Below, in pieces: positions 12,973 through 24,157 of a DNA stretch of 64,000 bases. A program made the translations under genes and the position numbers. Source of the stretch: Octopus vulgaris (taxonomy: Eukaryota); assembly GCA_951406725.2 (NCBI GenBank), contig OX597814.1, forward strand, positions 154,690,001 through 154,754,000, read 5' to 3'. Numbering within the stretch: position 1 is the first letter of the stretch; each line of letters opens with the position of its first letter. Below the pieces are notes generated by a model. It did no database searches. It was not told the origin of the DNA and saw nothing but the letters and a program-made list of their open reading frames with translations.

Positions 12973-13271
12973 TTAAAGGTTAAAAAATATATATTTGCGT
13001 CAATATGTCTGAAGAATATTAAAAAATTTTTTTCCTTACAATGACATAGTTTAGAAGAAAGACCGGCTTCGCGTTTAGCTTTTCAAATTTCTTACGACGT
13101 TATGTTTATGTTGAATAGATAACTCTATTCAACATAAACATAACGTCGTAAGAAATTTGAAAAGGTAAACGCGAAACCGGTCTTTCTTCTAAATTATGTC
13201 ATTGTAAGGAAAAAAATTTTTTTAATATTCTTCAGACATATTGACGCAAATATATATTTTTTAACCTTTAA
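12973..13271. repeat. Near-perfect ~300-bp palindrome with a 4-nt loop (TAAC, 13120-13123)
   Basis: Arms are reverse complements apart from about 3 substitutions and one homopolymer indel. Confidence 0.95.
13150..13188 (+). ncRNA. Minimal hammerhead motif, U3-A8 variant (mirror copy at ~13054-13092, minus strand)
   Basis: AAGAAA-T-TTGAAAA-GG-TAAAC-GC-GAAA-CCGG-TC-TTTCTT. Palindromic stem III CCGG, GUC triplet. Confidence 0.55.
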
Positions 13272-13341
13272 GCCTTCTGTAGTTTTTTCACTTTTTACTA
13301 TTTTCTATATATTCAACCACGTGCTTTCACAAACCAACTTT

Positions 13342-13420
<79 letters not shown>

Positions 13421-13560
13421 TAAGGAGATGTACTTGCATAGCAAGTGATTTGATCTGAGATCGTGTGCTGGAGCGAAAACAATTGCAGCGTGGAAGGTGT
13501 TTGTAAGCCATTTAAGAAACACACAAAAGCCGTTCGATTCACTTCAACATTTAAGTTTAA

Positions 13561-13611
13561 TTTGTCAAAATATTTTCGTCGCTTTAAGACCGCGACCTGT
13601 TCACTGACAAA
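13561..13611 (-). ncRNA. Minimal hammerhead ribozyme, G3-C8 variant
   Basis: Minus strand: TTTGTCA-GTGAACA-G-GTCGC-GGTCTTAAA-GCGAC-GAAA-ATAT-TT-TGACAAA. Stem I 7 bp, stem II 5 bp, palindromic stem III. Confidence 0.75.
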
Positions 13612-13619
13612 AATCCGAA

Positions 13620-13930
13620 TTGGGCAAGTGTCTTCTACTATAGCCTTGGACTGACCAAACCTTTGTGAGAGGATTTGGTAGACGGAAACTGAAAGAAGCC
13701 CGTCATATATATGTGTATATATATATATATATATGTGTTTGTGTGTTTGTGCGTCAGTGTTTGTCCTCCCAACATCGCTTGACAACCGATGCTGGTTTGT
13801 TTACGTCCCCGTAACTTAAGAGATCGATAGAATAAGTGCTAGGCTTACAAAGAATAAGTCCTGGGGTCGATTTGCTCGACTAAAGGCGGTGCTCCAGCAT
13901 GGCCGCAATCAAATGACTAAAACAACTAAT
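13620..13930 (+). mobile_element. SINE family A, head missing at the junction with the HHR element
   Basis: Begins at TTGGGCAAGTGTCTTC. Another SINE A head follows at ~13957-14085. Confidence 0.85.
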
Positions 13931-14090
13931 GAGTATACATACACATGTGTATATGTAGGCGTAGCTGTGTGGTAGAAGTTTACCTCCCAAACACTTAGTT
14001 CCAGGTGTAGTCCCGCGGTGTTGCGTCTTGGGCGAGTGTTTTCTGCTATAGCTCTGGACCGACCAAAACCCCGAAAGAAGTATGTATGTT

Positions 14091-14156
<66 letters not shown>

Positions 14157-14406
14157 TAAATTCCAGTTATCGTGCCGATATGGTAAACGGCATGGGGCAT
14201 ATTTGGCCATGGGAACAACGTTAGCATTACATCTAGACTTGGTGTTTACTATGCGAATCTTCCTGGAAGAGTCTAATGGAATTTCAGCTGAGAAATAGGC
14301 GGCCATCAGATATTTGCTAATGTTTCTGAGAACTCAACGGCCTGGAGTGATTGATATTTAATCCTATTTTAAGCACATCATTGCCTACCCACTTTCTTTA
14401 CTTGTT

Positions 14407-14458
<52 letters not shown>

Positions 14459-14544
14459 TCATTCTTAATTTAGCTAAATTTACATGTTCGCTTATGACCG
14501 TCAGCACTATTAACTGAGTCTACATTACCTCGTCTGAAGAGGTC

Positions 14545-15115
14545 CACCACCTCCAGCACCAAAACCATCCCCACCACAACCATCACTACCACCACCACCA
14601 CCACCATCACCACAATCCCGCATACCACCACAACAACAATCACTACCACCGCCACCACCACTACCACCATCACCACCACCACACCGCACCACACCACCCA
14701 CCACTTATAATTTTTGAAATCTGGTAAAATCGCTGGCAATGATGACGATGATGATTATGATGATGACGATGATGATGAGGAAGACGATGATGAGGAGGAC
14801 GATGATGATGAGGAAGACGAGGAGGATGAGGATGGGGGTAGTAATGATGGTAGCAACAATGTAGTTCTTCATGACAATGTTGAAGACGGTGATGATGATA
14901 ATAACGACGACGACGATGACAACGACGGCGATTACGACAATGATTATGCTGATGATGATGATGATGACGATGATGATGACGATGATGATGATGACGATGA
15001 TGACGATGATAATGATGACGAAGATGATGATGACGATGATGATGATAATGATGATGATGACGACGACGACAACGATAATGACGACGACTACGATGACGTC
15101 TACGACGACGGCGAG
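14545..15115. repeat. Trinucleotide mosaic (CAC/GAT/GAC)n low-complexity tract
   Basis: Degenerate triplet repeats with no coding context. Confidence 0.85.
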
Positions 15116-15885
15116 GTCTGAAAGATATCTTTTGGCTAACGAGATGTATCTTATGTCAAATGCAGGGCCGTTAGTTACCAGCTGTCATTAAGTTGCGATA
15201 ATAGGTGGCGCCACCAAACGACCATTTTTTTTTGTTTCTTTCATGTTTTTTAAGGGGTAGACGTTGATATGTGAAATGATGAAGTTGCGAGTCCAGACAC
15301 GAAGTGAAGCACTATGTAAGATACATAATGGTTTAAAAACAAACAAACAAAAAGAAACAACTACATAGAAACCCACAATAACAAAACACGCATGCATCAA
15401 TCAAATCTGCCTTATCTCTTTCGCCATCAATCTAGACTCCGTTTTGTCTTATTTTATTCTGTTTTATTAAAAATAAGTTTTCTTCGCCCAATGTTTCTGA
15501 CCCTTCAGATGTAACCTTGTAGTGAAATTTTGACTTGTAAGTCTGACTTCACTTATTTGCCTGGTGAAAGAAAGCAATAAGGAAGAATGTGAAGTCGAAA
15601 GTACAGCCATTACATACAGACGTTGCGTTTTGTCTGTTGGACTGTTGGCCGCTCTCATCTGAAGATTTGGCACGGAGACAAGTGCTGCTCATTTATTTAT
15701 TTATTTATTTATTTGTTTATTCCAGGAGATATATTGCAGCATGATGTCGAGGCTTTCGATTTTAGTTTTGTTTTACGAAAGTAAGGATGTATGTATGTAT
15801 GTATGTATGTATGTATGTATGTATGTATGTATGTATGTATGTATGTATGTATGTATGTATGTACGTATGTACGTACGTACGTACG

Positions 15886-15929
<44 letters not shown>

Positions 15930-16030
15930 ATATATGTATGTATATATATTATATGTACGTATATATATATATATATATATATGATATATATATGTATGTA
16001 TATATATTAGAACAAAGTGTACGTACGCCG

Positions 16031-16074
<44 letters not shown>

Positions 16075-16080
<6 letters not shown>

Positions 16081-16683
16081 AAATACAAAATGGGACAAGA
16101 ACGCAAAACATCCGGACAACTAGGTGATACAAAAAGGGACAAAACATCCAGATAGACGATATGAAAAAACAAGGACGGGTCATTCGAAGCCTTTTATCTT
16201 CAGTTAAAAACCGGATCATCCTCGCAATTTCGGCTGATTAATCTTGTGATTGCCCCAATCTGGCCAGCCCCAAGGAAAAACTAAGCAAAGAGCATTAGAT
16301 TCCTTGGAAAAAGCATCGAATGTATACGAAAACAAGGACGGAAAAACAGATGATGTTACACGAATATAAATACAAAAATACAATAAAAATAACAATAATA
16401 ATAAAAACAGGACATAACAACAGGCGTCTTTCGACTTGGGACGAATTGAATTCAGCTGGCGTGCGTGGAAATGAAGCCCTACGACAGAGGGAAGAATATC
16501 GATGTGGCAGTGACCGTGGTCAGACGCAAAAGGGCTAGCAATCGGCTAATAGGTCACGTGAGAAGATAAAAGGCTTCGAATAACCCGTCCTTGTTTTTTT
16601 TGTATCGTCTATCTGGATGTTTTGTCCCTTTTTGTATCACCCAGTTGTCCGGATGTTTTGCGTTCTTGTCCTCTTCTGTATTT

Positions 16684-16690
<7 letters not shown>
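16075..16690. mobile_element. Family F3 element with ~125-bp terminal inverted duplication, (TA)n-flanked
   Basis: 16078-16201 is the reverse complement of 16562-16686 with few mismatches. Confidence 0.85.
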
Positions 16691-16739
<49 letters not shown>

Positions 16740-16740
<1 letters not shown>

Positions 16741-17420
16741 TTATAAAATGAGATAGGGGTTGAAAATTCAACCCACCATGGGATAATATATATCCAATAT
16801 ACTGCTAGATAGGTACCCAACAAAATTAATACATAGATGTTAGAAATTGTCAAGCAATCAGTTCATCTATTGTATTAAATGGGTAAGGGTAATAATATTA
16901 CCGTAAATTAATACTACAAAATTAGAGAATGGAGAAACATACTTAAATCAATAAAACATCAACTATCCGATGATACTCAATCCATACTTTAATACACCAT
17001 TACATAGGAGTAAAGGCAATATATAAAATGAAATGAGATATACAGTAATAGTAAAAGTAAAAAGATAAAGAGATATAAGTAAAAAATTACAAATACAATA
17101 TGCAAATAAATCAAAACTGACAGCTGTTTCGGCAGTGAGGACAGTCATACCTCATTTAACCTATAAGCCATAAAGGCAGGTATAAATGAGGCATTAACAA
17201 AGATGCCCCACGGCCTCTTCAGAGAATTAAATTAAATTTGTTATAATAGTGAAAAATATTATATAATCATATACATATAAATATAAAAATATAAAAAAGT
17301 AAAATAGTAAAAATATTGCCTTTACTCCTATGTAATGGTGTATTAAAGTATGGATTGAGTATCATCGGATAGTTGATGTTTTATTGATTTAAGTATGTTT
17401 CTCCATTCTCTAATTTTGTA

Positions 17421-17424
<4 letters not shown>
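16740..17424 (-). mobile_element. Penelope-like HHR element with ~112-bp internal inverted duplication
   Basis: 16911-17022 is the reverse complement of 17313-17424. HHR lies between the arms; (TA)n flanks. Confidence 0.8.
17113..17228 (-). ncRNA. Hammerhead ribozyme with long stem II hairpin
   Basis: Minus strand: CT-CTGAAGA-GGC...GCC-GAAA-CAGCTG-TC-AG. Stem II includes ATGCCTCATTTA/TAAATGAGGTAT. Palindromic stem III, weak stem I. Confidence 0.7.
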
Positions 17425-17465
<41 letters not shown>

Positions 17466-17478
17466 TATATCATATATA

Positions 17479-17590
17479 GGAGGGGTGTATGAAGAATTTT
17501 GAGCCTTGAAGTATTGTACCTTCACCAGAAGACTTCTATCATGTTTTTTAATTTCGTTTTTGATGCTCAAGACTTTTCATACACCCCTCG
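17479..17590. mobile_element. Mariner-type MITE (112 bp)
   Basis: TIRs GAGGGGTGTATGAAGAATTTTGAGC / GCTCAAGACTTTTCATACACCCCTC, TA on both sides. Confidence 0.85.
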
Positions 17591-17600
17591 TATACATATA

Positions 17601-18139
17601 CTAGCTAAAGAGCTCGTCGCTGCCAGGCAATTTCTACAATAGAAAGTCCTATATAGATTTTAGTTTATTCCATGTAGACCATGACTTCCCCGACAGTTAG
17701 GCCTCTTGATCAGGACAGATTTGTGCAACTTTTCGCCAAAGCTTTAGTGACGATATTTTTTCTCCATTTAAATTATTTGCATGTCTGTTTGACCGTTTCA
17801 CATAACTTTATTCATTAAAACTTCAGAAATTCTTACAATTCTGGGGGTCGTACTCAATACTTGTCGCTTGCATAACGCTGTTCTTGCCGTCCCTGATATA
17901 AGTCACCCTCACTCTGCTATTGCTTCTCCCTCCGACTAATACATTTTGCACCCTTCTTATTTTATCATATAATTCGACCAACCCCACTGTGGAGAACATG
18001 ATAGATTTTTATTGAAATCCAATTAGTCTATTATTGAACTGGATGTTAGTGTAAAATCTATGCAAAGTTTTATGACTATTGGTTTGCTGGTTTAGTCAGT
18101 ACGATGGTAACAGACAGAGAGCTTGCCTTTTATATATGA
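17601..18139 (-). mobile_element. Decayed non-autonomous Helitron
   Basis: Same end architecture as 5488-5871: CTAG plus a GC-rich subterminal motif at left, ACAGACAGA...GCCTTTTATATATGA at right. Confidence 0.55.
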
Positions 18140-18192
18140 TATATTGTTGTTGTTGTTATTATTATTATTATTATTATTATTGTTATTATTAT

Positions 18193-18404
18193 TGAGTGAG
18201 AGAGCAGTTCATGCCATCAAAGTGACACTGGGGTAAAATATACGAAGCCCAATATACCCATCATGACTACCCGTCTGATAAAGGTACACCAGGCACATGC
18301 ATCACAACCATATGTGCTCGACATGGTGATCTCATATCAAGATAAACAGCACATGACCTTGCAGGTGGGGCCCAGTTAGAATTTTCTTCAGGTTGAGTAG
18401 CCCA
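18193..18404 (-). mobile_element. Truncated copy of (TAA)n-inserted non-coding element (longer copy at 46820-47367)
   Basis: High identity to 46820-47021. Abuts (ATT)n at left and stops at the 18405 palindrome. Confidence 0.85.
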
Positions 18405-18767
18405 GGACATATATATTTGTTTTAATTAGTTGTTATATCATATTATATATTTTTATAGTATAATTATATTATATTATAATGTTAATAGATGTATAATATG
18501 TCAATTGCATTTCTTTATTTCCTTTTATATATGGCCGTAGTCAAATGACTGAAACAAGTAAAAGAATAAAAGAATATATATATCAATGAGTGAAGAAATT
18601 AAAGGAAAAGACACTGAAGTCGTTCAGCAGGAGTTACATGGATTATCATTTAAAAGTTTGATTCCACTCCGTTTGCCTTAAAGTTTCTCGAGCTTCTAGC
18701 AGAATCTTTAAGTCGCATGGATTAGAATCAGACAATTTTAAATAATAAAAATAATAATAATAATAAC

Positions 18768-18818
<51 letters not shown>

Positions 18819-19164
18819 TTTATTATTTAAAATTGTCTGATTCTAATCCATGCGACTTAAAGATTCTGCTAGAAGCTCGAGAAACTTTAAGGCAAACGGA
18901 GTGGAATCAAACTTTTAAATGATAATCCATGTAACTCCTGCTGAACGACTTCAGTGTCTTTTCCTTTAATTTCTTCACTCATTGATATATATATTCTTTT
19001 ATTCTTTTACTTGTTTCAGTCATTTGACTACGGCCATATATAAAAGGAAATAAAGAAATGCAATTGACATATTATACATCTATTAACATTATAATATAAT
19101 ATAATTATACTATAAAAATATATAATATGATATAACAACTAATTAAAACAAATATATATGTCCT
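18404..19164. repeat. ~760-bp palindrome centred on (AAT)n/(ATT)n
   Basis: 18404-~18745 is an apparently exact reverse complement of ~18825-19164. Includes a SINE A tail fragment. Confidence 0.95.
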
Positions 19165-19289
19165 ACAATTTGTTTCGATTTATGAATCGAAACGAATTGT
19201 GAATTTATAAAAAAATCCACATTTATGTGAATTTACGAGTCTACTTAGCAGCCCCTGCATGAAATTTTTGTCTTTTTTTTTAGACAAAT

Positions 19290-19376
19290 ATTGCCCTGAC
19301 GAGATTCATATATATAAATGTGATTTTTTAAATAAATTCAGTAGTGGATAAGAATCGAAACAAATTGTAAGATATA
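19290..19376 (+). ncRNA. Hammerhead ribozyme motif
   Basis: CTGACGA-GATTC...GAATC-GAAA-CAAATTG-TA. Stem I is decayed. A sister copy on the minus strand at 19161-19180 reads GAAACAAATTGTA/GGACAT. Confidence 0.6.
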
Positions 19377-19615
19377 TATTTCTTTTAATTATTTGTTATA
19401 TTATACCACATCATATTATATTATATATTTTTATAGTATAATTATATTATATTATATTATAATGTTAATAAATTTATAATATGTCAATTGTATTTCTCTA
19501 TTTGCTTTAATATTTATATATATTTTTTCTCTATTATATTGTGGTATTTAACTGAAGAACCAGTGAAAATTGGATGTTTTCCATCCCTTTGAAGGAAATT
19601 GTTTATTCCCTAGAT

Positions 19616-19766
<151 letters not shown>

Positions 19767-19858
19767 ATGTATATAACAACGTAAACTTGCAAGGTACCGC
19801 ACGAGTGAAACTATATAGGAAAGAAGATTTGAAAATGCAGGGGTGTTCTTGTTTATTG

Positions 19859-19900
19859 ACTTGACCGGTTTCAGTTTTTTTAAAAGCGATTTTCAAAAGT
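19859..19900 (-). ncRNA. Minimal hammerhead motif, U3-A8 variant
   Basis: Minus strand: ACTT-TTGAAAA-TCGC...CT-GAAA-CCGG-TC-AAGT. Stem I 4 bp, stem II decayed. Confidence 0.55.
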
Positions 19901-21368
19901 AAAATGTAAGGCTTTGTGTAGCCTTTGTTGTGTTAAAGAATGGTTATCATAAATGTATTAAAATACAGTGATACAGTATTTGACAATGATAAGAAAATGT
20001 TTTTTTTCTTTGAATGTGTGTGCGTTTTATTTTTCACTGGGGAACGGGCGTGTTGTGTTCGTGAATGTGTGCACGTATGTGTGTATATATGCATGTGTGT
20101 GGGAGGAGTCGTATTTGCGTGTATTTGCGTGTTTGTGTGTGCATCTGTGTATGTGTGGGTGTGTTTGTGTGAGTGTGTCTTGTAATTGTCAAGGCAGTAT
20201 GTATGTGTGCATGTAGTGTTTATGTATGTGTGTATGTGTGTGTATGTGAGAGTTAGTTGTGGTTCGTGTTGCATTTTTAATTTAACAAATATGTTGTGCT
20301 TGTTGTCCATCAGGTTTAGTGGCAGTTTATTTTTGTTGCTTTTTAACTTCATATTAGACCTGATGACATATAGACATATGATTGAAAGTATTCCAGTCAT
20401 GACCAACCCATTTATTTTCAGTTATAATATACCATCTTTGACTACGTTATCTAATGTATCCCTTTTTAAGGTGGTTGTGTGTAATTTCTGGATGTTGTTT
20501 TTAGTGGCTCAAGCGAACACTCAGAGACTCTTACTTAAGCGCTGTATTTATTTAGCTTATTGTAGAATTCAACGTGTACAAAAGCGCAGTGTGAAACCCA
20601 CCTTTAATGTATTAAATAGTTTGAAAAATATCTCATTTCTGAAATATAGGTGGCAGTGAACAGCAAATATATCCCAAGCAACTATATATTTAAGTATACA
20701 TAGATAACAAGGGGAATTACGCTATAACTAAAAGGTGCTTCAACTGTTTCCAGCGATGGTTTAAAATCTCCCATGAACCAACGGAGAAAAAGTAGATATT
20801 TCTTATAGTATTATTATTATTTAAAACATGCCCCATCGCTTTTAAACATACACAATCTGTTCTTTGATGATTCTTGCGTGATTTGTGAACAACCAATCAA
20901 AGTGATAATTAAAAGGAAGGCCTACAGCTTCGTTTTTTGTGAGCAAGGTAGTGTCGCAAAGCGAGATATATTCGTACTTGCTTGAATAATAAAAAAAATA
21001 TTTATTCCTTTCCGGCGTGACTGTGTGATAAGAAGTTTGCTTCTCAACTACATGGTTTTGTGATACTTTTGGCAAGTGTCTTCTACTATTGCCTCGAGCC
21101 GACCAAAGCCTTGTGAGAGCATTGACAGTGTTTGTTCCAATGCTTCAGTGTGCAAGTAATTTATTAATCAAACTATCTGGTAAGCATGCGCTGTTAACGT
21201 AACTCGGTCTAACTGGTTTATTTAAAACCTTTGCGTATCTCGGAGATCAGGTAGTCTATCCAGGTCGACTCACTACTTTTCCGCTTCGAGAGGTCATAAC
21301 CCGATATTGTGGAAATGTAATTAGAATGTGGCAGGAAAAAATCGCAAGACGGATTCTTCAAACCGAAC

Positions 21369-21439
<71 letters not shown>

Positions 21440-21442
<3 letters not shown>

Positions 21443-21625
21443 GGAAAGTTTACGAAAATAAACAAAAGACGAAGGCAGGTGGTGTACAAACAAACAAATG
21501 TATTAGTATAGCGCGCAGGAATAGAAGAAGTCTTTTACGTTTCGAGCCTACGCTCTTCTACAGAAAGATACACAGAAAACAACAAGGAGAGAAAAAAAAT
21601 GTGTGTAGTAGCTAACGATCTATCA
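21440..21625 (-). mobile_element. Short HHR element family F2 (HHR 21531-21568)
   Basis: Minus strand: TCTTT-CTGTAGA-A-GAGC-GTAG-GCTC-GAAA-CG-TA-AAAGA. Homologous to 31545-31780. Its 3' end lies at (TA)n. Confidence 0.75.
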
Positions 21626-21639
21626 TCGAGCAGCAGTAG

Positions 21640-23040
21640 TTAGTGTAAGGCAATGGACAAGATGTTATAGCTAAAGCTCAAAGAAGACAAACCCAGTTTA
21701 AGCATGGTATAAACTAAATGAAGACGATAACGATGCGAAACAACTTCTTTGTACTGAAATACTCTACGACTATGTTTTTAACAACAGGGCAAGTGAATGG
21801 AAAAAAGTGCACAACTTTTTCGACCAGACTGAGGGATACTGAAATGTTACATCTTCATCTGTTTCCACTACGTGATCCAACTATCAGAAGTTTTAAAAAT
21901 TTGCAAACTGTAAATGATAAAGTATTTGTAGCATTTCAAGAAACAGCAGATAAACACAATTTACTTCCTAATGATAAGGGTGGATGAGATGCCTAGAAGA
22001 AACTGCAGGTGTTGATATGCCATCTCAGTTGAGAAAATCTATGCAGCTATGTGTGAATTTAACATGCCAAATGATCTGTAAAACGGTATCAACAAGCATG
22101 AAAATGCAGGCATTGAAAACTTTCAGCGAATGTACTGGAGAGATTTCTATTAGAATATCTCCCGTAAGGAGTTAGATATGGCATTTTTTACATTTTCCCG
22201 TTCCAATTGGTAATTATGCTTATCAAATATGTTGGGAGAATAATCCCGGGCTGAGGAGATTAAATATTCTTAATTCCCGGTAGAATAATTATTGAGAAAG
22301 GCGTTTATGTCATCGATAATGACGAATCAACAGATTTTCTTTTTAAATGTATCTGGTGAAATTCATATTCAAGCAGGGCCACGATTCTTCCATTTGTTCC
22401 AAATAAAATAGCCGCTGATTATCTTAAGGAAGAGTGGCTTGTGCAAAGTAGTTTTAAATTTGTAGTAGGAACATCAATGTCATTAGTAAGAATATCATGT
22501 CATGGACTATAGTATATTTATGATGTATTTCGATGTCGGAGAACAAGAATTTAATTATTGAACATTGAGAGTTAGTTATAGGATTTTAGTTAATAATGCT
22601 GGGCTTCTGGATGACAATTCTTATACCATCAGGAATTATTGTCAATAAAGATAATATAGACCTAATTTACAGAAATTCAGCCAACAGTTGCAATGATGAG
22701 TGAATTGCCGAGTTATTCATAAAGAATATACATCCTATAAAACAGGGAGACACCGTCACTCAGCAACGACATTCTGCCGCTCACACAGGGTGTAACTAAA
22801 GAATATAAAATTAATGATTCTGTTCCTATTGATGATGATAATCAGGCGGCTCAAGATATTCTGGTGAGAATTTTAAACAAAACCCATCTGGAATGTTTGC
22901 TTGTATTTTGAAAGTGAAAGCGATGTCAACACGTAAAGTAAAATCACGAACCGGCTTAATAAATGGTACTGGGGTGCTCTTTAAAGAAATTCTCACTTGC
23001 TTTATTCATGCTGAAATATTAACAGGCAGCATTGTAAGCT
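21640..23040 (+). pseudogene. Decayed Helitron Rep/PIF1-helicase coding relic
   Basis: PTIRSFKNLQTVNDKVFVAFQETA...LLPND..W.RCLEETAGVDMPSQLR matches the Helitron GPTSF..LRTV...TF.EA...GLL.DD..W...L.EA.....P.QLR block. LINGT and IHAEILTG occur later. Many frameshifts. Confidence 0.7.
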
Positions 23041-23091
23041 ATGATGATCGGGTTACTTTAAAGCTTGGTCTGCTGCCATCTAAAAATCGAC

Positions 23092-23127
<36 letters not shown>

Positions 23128-23827
23128 AAAGAACAGTAATTGTCTATGTTGTACATGGCATTGGCCACATGTTTTTTTAAGGGCTATTTATCTGTTATTT
23201 CTAGCGGATTGCTCGACCGTGCAAAGGCTTTCTTTCATTTGGGGAACACAGGTCGAGACTGATCATGACATTAACTATATCTGATAATGAAAATATTATC
23301 AAACACAAATTAGTAACAGAATATCTTATCAAGTCAAACGGTTAGAAAAGCGGGCAGTTAGAAACGGTAGATATTCAGAAATTGCAGACTTAGCTTTTCG
23401 CTCTATAACTGAGATTTTCGTATCGCATGAGTTCCTGTCTAATTGGAATAAACTAAGTTTAGCAGAATCTTGACATTTATCTTTTGTCAATCAAACGTGC
23501 AGTTCAAAGTTCAGACGATTTTCAGTTCCTTTAGAAAAACTGTATTTCGAGAATTTTTTTTTTTGTCGTATTTACGGCAACACACTTAATACGAATTTTG
23601 TTGTGTCTAGGGAGATTTTCCCAACCATTTAAAGCTGCTACAAGCGATTAACACGAAGAGATTTATTATTTAAACAGGTATGGTGGTATGGTTAAGAAAT
23701 TCAGCTTGCATGCATGTCGTTTCAAGTTCGGTTCCACTGTGTAGCATCTTGGTCAGGTGCAAAAGACCATCGTATGTCTAGCTATTTATCTACCTATGAC
23801 TGTCAGTTTGTCTGTCTCTATGTATGC

Positions 23828-23891
<64 letters not shown>

Positions 23892-24002
23892 GTGCAGCCC
23901 TGTGTGGCTAATAAAGAAACATATCTATCTATCTATCTATCTATCTATATATAAACAAACTTTTGAAAGAGTTGAATATGTTGGTATTTTATAAATAAGG
24001 AA

Positions 24003-24139
24003 GTAAATTTCGAACGCAGTAAAACTGTAAGAACAGCGGAGAAAGATATAAACCAGATAAAGTTGCTAGCAGTAGGTTCTCCAGCTGGTAACTTGTTTTT
24101 TCTCTGCTGTTCTTACAGCTTTACTGCGTTCGAAATTAC
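24003..24139. repeat. Hairpin with ~43-bp arms
   Basis: TTTCGAACGCAGTAAAACTGTAAGAACAGCGGAGAAA vs TTTCTCTGCTGTTCTTACAGCTTTACTGCGTTCGAAA. Confidence 0.85.
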
Positions 24140-24157
24140 ATTCTTAATTGTAATATA

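Noticed and set aside
14714-15121. Asp/Glu-rich ORF resembling an acidic protein
   Set aside because: It is a trinucleotide mosaic open in several frames with no splice or domain support. The same applies to 49250-49510.
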